Below are positions 58,120 to 64,000 of a stretch of 64,000 bases of DNA, one piece after another. The stretch lies in the NCBI GenBank assembly GCA_965217115.1, contig OZ244239.1, forward strand, positions 1,728,001 through 1,792,000, given 5' to 3'. A model generated the notes under the pieces. That model made no database searches and was not told the origin of the DNA. It saw only the letters and a program-made list of their open reading frames with translations. The translations under genes and the position numbers were made by a program. Each line of letters begins with the position of its first letter. Within the stretch, counting starts at the first letter, position 1. Source of the DNA: Bdellovibrionales bacterium (GTDB lineage Bacteria; Bdellovibrionota; Bdellovibrionia; Bdellovibrionales; CAYMLA01).

Positions 58120-58785
58120 GTGAATAAAAATTTTGTTGTGACAATTGATGGCCCTGCAGCTTCAGGAAAAACCTCTGTGAGTCGTGATTTGGCGAAGATA
58201 TTGGGGTGGAGCTGGGTTTCAACCGGAGCTTTTTATCGTGGGCTGGCCTATGTGGCCGACCAAGAAAAAACGGATATAAGCAATGAGTTGGCCCTTGTGG
58301 AGTTGATTAGGTCCAAATTATGGTCAGTTCAACTGAGTCAGGAGAGGACCGATGTTATCTATCGAGGCCAGAATGTGACCGAAGATATCCATTTGGAAAG
58401 GGTGGGGAATGTGGCCAGTCGAATTAGCTCCTTTCCCCTTTTGCGTGGGGAGCTTCTCAAGCCTCAGAGGGATTGTGCTCAATCGGTTTCAGGGTTGATT
58501 GCTGAGGGGAGGGATTGCGGCACGGTGGTTTTTCCAGAGGCCTTGGCCAAGTTCTATCTGACGGCGAAAAGTGAGGATCGGGCGGCGAGAAGGGCTCGGG
58601 AAGAATCAAAGTCTCTGGATGACACGATTCGAGAGCAGCAAAAACGTGATGAGCAGGACAGCAGCAGAAAATTGGCTCCATTGGTGGTTCCCTTGGGTAG
58701 CGAAGTGGTGGATACGAGTCAATTGAGTTTGGATGAAGTGGTGACTCTTGTGGAGGTATCAGTGCGGAGAAAGCTCAATATTTGA
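58120..58785 (+). CDS. cmk: Cytidylate kinase
   Basis: IDGPAASGKT, TGAFYR and EGRD.GTVVFP motifs. Confidence 0.96.
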   Translation: MNKNFVVTIDGPAASGKTSVSRDLAKILGWSWVSTGAFYRGLAYVADQEKTDISNELALVELIRSKLWSVQLSQERTDVIYRGQNVTEDIHLERVGNVASRISSFPLLRGELLKPQRDCAQSVSGLIAEGRDCGTVVFPEALAKFYLTAKSEDRAARRAREESKSLDDTIREQQKRDEQDSSRKLAPLVVPLGSEVVDTSQLSLDEVVTLVEVSVRRKLNI

Positions 58786-58858
58786 TGATGAGGTCTGCTT
58801 TGTGAAGAGCCGAATTTAAATAAAGCGTCCATAAAACCCCAATAAAACAGCATTTTCT

Positions 58859-58888
58859 TTGACATATAAGCCTTGTTTTTTATACAAA
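58859..58888 (+). promoter_or_regulatory. Candidate sigma70 promoter of rpsA
   Basis: Perfect TTGACA followed 16-18 nt later by TATACA/TACAAA. Confidence 0.5.
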
Positions 58889-59026
58889 TGGTGTCTTATT
58901 TCTGACACAGGATAATCTTGTGGTTTGTAATGGTGCAGGCCTTAACCGTCTTGATGTTAATAGGGATAAGATTGTAGAGGAGCTCTTTGTTGTTACTCGC
59001 ACATGGAGATTCTTGGGAGGTTATAT

Positions 59027-60853
59027 TTGACACAGAAAGTGAGTAAAGCGAAAGAAAAGGCACTCAATGTTTTAGCTATGCTGGATGCGGAGGATGCCAA
59101 TGTTGATTGTAATCCAGGAGCTATGGTTAAAACGAAGGACTCTGAATTTAGTTCTATGTTTGAAGACTCTCTTCAAGATAACGATCATAAAGTAGGCGAT
59201 GTTGTTGAGGGAACAGTTGTTGAAGTTCAGACTGACTACGTTCTAGTAGATATTAACTACAAGTCGGAAGGTTTAATTCGTCTTAGTGAATTTCGCTTAA
59301 CTGAAGAAAAAAAATTAAATCCAGGGGATAAGGTCGAGGTCTATATTGATCGTATCGAAACTGATAATGGTATGGTGGGTCTGTCTAAAGAAAAAGCAGA
59401 TATGCTCAGAGCGTGGAATGATATTTCCAAAGCTGCTGAGAACGAAGAAATAATTGAAGGTGTTATAATCTCTAAGGTAAAAGGCGGTTTGAGTGTTGAT
59501 ATAGGAGTGAAAGCCTTTTTACCAGGGAGTCAAATTGACTTGCGACCTGTGCGTAATATGGATGGATACTTAGGTAAGACTTATAAATTTAAGGTGATTA
59601 AATTTAATAAGCAGAGAGGTAATATTGTCCTCTCCCGTCGAGCTATTTTAGAGCAAGAGAGAGAGAGCTTACGTTCCCAGACTCTTGATCAAATGCAGGA
59701 AGGGGCTGTGGTTAAAGGGATAGTGAAGAATATCACTGATTATGGTGCTTTTATTGACCTTGGCGGTATGGACGGATTACTTCATATCACTGATATGAGT
59801 TGGGGCCGAGTGAAGCACCCTTCTGAAATACTAAAAGTGGCAGATGAGGTTGATGTAAAAGTTCTTAAATTTGATAATGAAAAACAGCGTGTCAGCCTTG
59901 GTCTGAAGCAATTGCATGATGACCCTTGGGAATCAGTTCGTGAGCAGTTCCCTCTTGAAACAAAATTAAGTGGAAAGGTTGTTAGTTTGGCCGACTACGG
60001 TGCTTTTGTTGAATTAGGCAAAGGAATTGAAGGATTGATTCACGTGAGTGAAATGAGTTGGACTAAGCGGGTGAAACATCCTTCGGAATTGGTGACTATT
60101 GGCGATGACATTAATGTGGTTGTTCTAGATGTGGATATGGGAAATCGCCGTATCAGTTTAGGAATAAAACAGCTTGAGGAGAACCCTTGGGTTCAACTGA
60201 AGGAATCCTATACTCCAGGAACAATTATTGAGAGCAATGTGAAATCGGTGACTGATTTTGGTGTGTTCATTGAAATTGATGATGATATTGATGGTTTGAT
60301 TCATATCTCTGATTTTTCTTGGACGAAACGTGTGAGCCATCCGTCAGAAGTCTATACAAAAGGAGATAAGATACGTGGTGTGGTTCTCGGTGTAGACGTT
60401 GAGAGTGAGCGCTTTAGCTTAGGTATTAAGCAACTAGAAGTTGACCCATGGTCGAAAGCTGAAGAGACATTTGCTCTGGGGACTCAGCATGATGTGAAGG
60501 TGACTAAGACGGCAGATTTTGGTGTGTTTGTTGAGCTTGATAAAGACATTGAAGGTCTAATACACATCAGTGAACTGAGTATAGAAAAGGTTGCTAAGGC
60601 TGAGGATATCGTCAAAGAAGGTGACACAATTAAAGCTGAAGTGATTATGATAGATAAAGAAGCTCGTAAGATAGGTTTGAGTTCTAAGCTTGTGATTCTT
60701 CGTGAAAATAGAGAGGACGTAGAGGACTATGTAAAAAAGGCAACTTCGACCTCTAAAGCGACGATGGGAGATGTGTTTGGAGATGCACTTAAAGCGTTTG
60801 AAAAAACTGATGATTTGTCTCAAGATTCTCCTCTAGAGGAAGAAGAAGAGTAG
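59027..60853 (+). CDS. rpsA: 30S ribosomal protein S1
   Basis: Six S1 repeats (AFLPGSQID, DYGAF.D, GL.H.S.MSW). The likely start is TTG at 59027 after GGGAGG; the ORF track starts at 59003. Confidence 0.97.
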   Translation: MTQKVSKAKEKALNVLAMLDAEDANVDCNPGAMVKTKDSEFSSMFEDSLQDNDHKVGDVVEGTVVEVQTDYVLVDINYKSEGLIRLSEFRLTEEKKLNPGDKVEVYIDRIETDNGMVGLSKEKADMLRAWNDISKAAENEEIIEGVIISKVKGGLSVDIGVKAFLPGSQIDLRPVRNMDGYLGKTYKFKVIKFNKQRGNIVLSRRAILEQERESLRSQTLDQMQEGAVVKGIVKNITDYGAFIDLGGMDGLLHITDMSWGRVKHPSEILKVADEVDVKVLKFDNEKQRVSLGLKQLHDDPWESVREQFPLETKLSGKVVSLADYGAFVELGKGIEGLIHVSEMSWTKRVKHPSELVTIGDDINVVVLDVDMGNRRISLGIKQLEENPWVQLKESYTPGTIIESNVKSVTDFGVFIEIDDDIDGLIHISDFSWTKRVSHPSEVYTKGDKIRGVVLGVDVESERFSLGIKQLEVDPWSKAEETFALGTQHDVKVTKTADFGVFVELDKDIEGLIHISELSIEKVAKAEDIVKEGDTIKAEVIMIDKEARKIGLSSKLVILRENREDVEDYVKKATSTSKATMGDVFGDALKAFEKTDDLSQDSPLEEEEE

Positions 60854-60901
60854 GTTAAAGAGGATGTAAAAAAAGTCACTCTTTAAAACAGGGGAGCATA
60901 T

Positions 60902-60937
60902 AAGAGAGGAGCTGCCGTACTAGCTCCTCTTTTTATA
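60902..60937 (+). terminator. Intrinsic terminator after rpsA
   Basis: AGAGGAGCT-gccgtact-AGCTCCTCT followed by TTTTATATTT. Confidence 0.85.
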
Positions 60938-60992
60938 TTTACAGCAGTGTTAAATATTATCAATGGTAAAATCTAAAGCGTTTAGCTGAGAT

Positions 60993-61544
60993 GTGTGTAT
61001 GAAAAAAGAAATGGATAAAAATGAGAGTGAAGATCATATACAAATCAATGGTGAAGTTTGGCCTTTGGAAAGAGATATTATGTCTCGTCCAGAAAGGCTC
61101 AAGTATGTACGCAAAATTATTAAACCGAAAGGCTGTGTTTTCTGCAAAGTTATAAAGGAAAGAAAAAGAGAGCATTATTTACTCCATAGTTCGACCCATA
61201 GCTTTGTTGTTTTAAATCGTTATCCCTACAATAATGGACATGTGTTAGTTCTTCCGCAGAGGCATGTAGGTGATATGTGGGACTTGTCTGATGAAGAGTA
61301 TATTGATCTGAGCTTATTGGTGCGTCACTCAGTGAGTGTTTTAAAAAAAGTTTATGGATGTGAAGGGCTGAATGTGGGCTTAAATCACGGGAAAGTGGCT
61401 GGAGCTGGTATTCCTGATCATCTTCATTACCATGTGATTCCGCGTTGGGCAGGGGACACTAATTTTTTTCCGCTGATTTCCCAGACGAAAGTCGTCGTAG
61501 AAACTTTAGATCAAACCTATGAGCTGTTACAATCTCATTTTTAG
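60993..61544 (+). CDS. HIT-family nucleotide hydrolase/phosphorylase
   Basis: CVFC, LNRYPYNNGH, NVGLN.G..AGAG and HLHYHVIPRW motifs. Confidence 0.92.
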   Translation: MCMKKEMDKNESEDHIQINGEVWPLERDIMSRPERLKYVRKIIKPKGCVFCKVIKERKREHYLLHSSTHSFVVLNRYPYNNGHVLVLPQRHVGDMWDLSDEEYIDLSLLVRHSVSVLKKVYGCEGLNVGLNHGKVAGAGIPDHLHYHVIPRWAGDTNFFPLISQTKVVVETLDQTYELLQSHF

Positions 61545-61566
61545 GGAACATTATTAGGAGACGTTA

Positions 61567-62337
61567 ATGAACAACAGCAGTGGTACCCATCAGATTGTGA
61601 TTCCATCGGTCACTCCCATGGTTAAAAAACTAATTATTGTGACTGTCTTGATTTGGATGATCTTACAAATGATTGTGGATCGCCTTTTGGATTTTCCAAT
61701 TATTATGAATTTAGGGTTGATTCCAGGGAAGGTGATTTACGATTTTTTTCTGTGGCAGCCATTTACATATATTTTTCTTCATTCAAATCAAATGAGTCAT
61801 ATAATTTTTAATATGCTTCTTTTGTGGATGCTAGGTGGAGAGTTAGAGCAGCGTTGGGGAGGGAAATTATTTCTTAGTTATTACCTCTTTTCAGGTATTG
61901 GTGCTGGAATTATTTATACAATCATTGTCTCGGTGTATGCATCTTTGACGGGGGACCATAAAGGATTGATTATTCCTGTGATTGGAGCTTCAGGTTCGGT
62001 GTTTGGACTTATGCTGGCCTATGGAATTTTGTTTGGCGAGAGGGTTATATATTTTATGATGATTTTCCCGATGAAGGCTAAATATTTCGTCATGCTACTG
62101 GGATTGATAGAACTGGTGACGTTAGTTAATATGGGAGTGGCTGGTGGAGAGGTGGCTAATTTAGCGCATTTAGGAGGTTTGATCTCAGGATTTCTTTTTT
62201 TATTTTTTTGGACTCGTCGCAAGCAGAGAGCTTGGCGTCAAGGGCATAGGGTCAGGCATAAATCTAAAAAAAGTGATCTTCGCCTGGTTGATGACAAAGA
62301 GACTGGGAATAAAGATGACCCTAAATATTGGAATTAA
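61567..62337 (+). CDS. Rhomboid-family intramembrane serine protease
   Basis: WQPFTY.FLH, HI.FNM, GASG and AHLGG motifs. Confidence 0.93.
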   Translation: MNNSSGTHQIVIPSVTPMVKKLIIVTVLIWMILQMIVDRLLDFPIIMNLGLIPGKVIYDFFLWQPFTYIFLHSNQMSHIIFNMLLLWMLGGELEQRWGGKLFLSYYLFSGIGAGIIYTIIVSVYASLTGDHKGLIIPVIGASGSVFGLMLAYGILFGERVIYFMMIFPMKAKYFVMLLGLIELVTLVNMGVAGGEVANLAHLGGLISGFLFLFFWTRRKQRAWRQGHRVRHKSKKSDLRLVDDKETGNKDDPKYWN

Positions 62338-62361
62338 TTTCCTTATCTCTCCGTGTTTTTT

Positions 62362-62484
62362 CTACTGAGCGAATAACTTGATGAGTTTGATTAAGTCACT
62401 GTTGGTGACAAGCTCTTCAACAGAGACAGTGCCATACCAATCACGAAACTCTCTTTGAAGTTGTGCGAGTAAATTGTTTTTCAT
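62362..62484 (-). CDS. Putative 40-aa small protein
   Basis: ATG at 62484 with AAGGTG 7 nt upstream; translates to MKNNLLAQLQREFRDWYGTVSVEELVTNSDLIKLIKLFAQ; fits in the intergenic space. Confidence 0.5.
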   Translation of the reverse strand: MKNNLLAQLQREFRDWYGTVSVEELVTNSDLIKLIKLFAQ

Positions 62485-62692
62485 CTTGAGACACCTTGGC
62501 GTTAAAAGTCTTTTTAATTTCTTAAGAGACGTCACTTTGTCTTCACGACAAGGGGATATTTCAATGGATGTGGCAAAACACAGAAAAACAGTTAAGCTAT
62601 TGAACTTAAAGGGAAAACTTTAAAAAATCAATTTTGACAATATTTTGAGTGAATAGTTTTTCTATCAAGAGGTTGTTGGTGAAAGTCATTAA

Positions 62693-63526
62693 TTATTCTT
62701 TCACATCTGAATGGCATGACATCATAATTTTTAAAAATTCCTTTTGGTATTCAGTAAAAATGTCCTTGAAAAAAGTAGCATCTACAGGGCCAAATAGAGG
62801 AATAGAAACCTCATCAGAATAAACATATTTTTGGAATGCTTCCACAATATTATAATCATTTGATTTAAGAGGGAGCCCCTGATCGACCTCCCTTTTATTA
62901 AAATCATAAATAACTTTAGCCCAAGGGCTAAGAGATTCAATTTTTTTACTTATACACTTACAATATAATTTTTTTTCATCTTGGAGAAGTCCAAGGTCAT
63001 TAAAAAATTTAATGTTTTCAAAGTAAATTTTTTTGCAACTTTCTGGAAAGGAATTTCGATCTTTATTAGTAAAGTAGTCTTGGTAGTAAAGAATACAGGC
63101 AATAAAAAATACTAATCCAAGACATCCAATTAAGGCATCTCTAACTCTTATTGTCTCCACATTGTCAAAAATATCAATGTCATCATTATCCCAGCTAATA
63201 CAAAAGCCTACAAAAAAAGCAGGAATGAAATTAATGACCAATGGTATTGTTTGAAATGCCAAATTTGTAAAAAACAAACTTCCCATAACGAAAAAAATAC
63301 CAATGCCAACACCAAGTATAAGACTATGAAAGAATCTATAGAAAAAAAACTTTGGTTCTTTAAATAGACATCTTACTTTTCTAGGAATGTTGCGTATCAA
63401 AAGGTAACAAGCATAAATCAATGCTAAAAGAATCAATACACTAATTATTATATCCCCTAAACGATCTAAGGACTCAGCGAAATTAGTGGAGAAAATTTTA
63501 TCTATTAATATCGCTACATAATACAT
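62693..63526 (-). CDS. Hypothetical membrane protein (about four TM helices, Cys-containing C-terminal domain)
   Basis: 277-aa ORF in very AT-rich DNA; no family recognised. Confidence 0.6.
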   Translation of the reverse strand: MYYVAILIDKIFSTNFAESLDRLGDIIISVLILLALIYACYLLIRNIPRKVRCLFKEPKFFFYRFFHSLILGVGIGIFFVMGSLFFTNLAFQTIPLVINFIPAFFVGFCISWDNDDIDIFDNVETIRVRDALIGCLGLVFFIACILYYQDYFTNKDRNSFPESCKKIYFENIKFFNDLGLLQDEKKLYCKCISKKIESLSPWAKVIYDFNKREVDQGLPLKSNDYNIVEAFQKYVYSDEVSIPLFGPVDATFFKDIFTEYQKEFLKIMMSCHSDVKE

Positions 63527-64000
63527 TTAACGAAAACCAGCCTTTCCCATTTACTCTAATTGTTTGGTAAAATATCTTTATTAAGTTTTAATTCGTACTT
63601 AATGACTTTAGATAGACAAATATTTAAGAAACAATCTATCCAAAGTAGTTTCCAAGACTCTTTAGGCTCGAATTCTCCTTTAGCTAGTCTCTTTAATTTA
63701 TGTATCACGAACACTCCCCGCTATTCTCAACTCTGCAATCCTAGAATTTTTATTCCCATGAATAACATGTCTATAAATATTTATCGTCATACGTTAATAA
63801 CATATTCAGAGCTACTGATTAGAACTAGTACTTTGACTAGCTAATTTTTTCCTTATTTTATCTAGGGAAACAGGAAAAAAAGCTAAGTGTCAGTTACGCC
63901 GCTTCTCAAGTTTTACGTGGCTCAGCTATTTGGAGAGAGGTTAATTTTAGCTGTTGCTTAAATTAGGCACAGGACTCATTTTTAAAGTCTATATGAAACT

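Noticed and set aside
63560..63844. 94-aa + strand ORF
   Set aside because: It has a TTG start with no SD and no recognisable motif, and lies in AT-rich DNA near the window edge.

Overview
A 64-kb AT-rich bacterial chromosomal segment. Gene content and order resemble Bdellovibrionota (recalled resemblance, not a database result). It is mostly housekeeping: mltD-like transglycosylase, degP, a moxR-DUF58-batABCD cluster, mrp, a TolC/RND pair, efp, ruvCAB, lpxC, ald, a split comEC divergent from lysM-dprA, lptF, kdsA, trxA, mreCD-mrdA-rodA, ppiD, glyQS, ppdK, smc, sdaA, hisC-cmk-rpsA, HIT and rhomboid genes. I found no CRISPR array, tRNA, rRNA, integrase or transposase. Two regions stand out. 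(1) At 27650-31460, three tandem ~590-bp cassettes each encode a small secreted DUF2388-like protein that varies almost only just after the signal-peptide cleavage site. They are followed by a secreted 649-aa protein with an HEXXH metallopeptidase motif and a DUF4105/Lnb-like His-Cys domain, a candidate variable-peptide plus processing-enzyme system. (2) At 11640-11975 on the minus strand, a c-di-GMP-I riboswitch has no conventional gene downstream. It is flanked by SD-led 13-aa and 8-aa micro-ORFs and ends in its own terminator, resembling the Bdellovibrio merRNA. Smaller observations: a 130-bp nested palindrome next to a 265-nt pure pyrimidine tract, DnaA-box-like and NrdR-box-like clusters around the competence genes, a probable ATT start for lptF, a catalytically dead HtpX homolog, and an unannotated 40-aa ORF.
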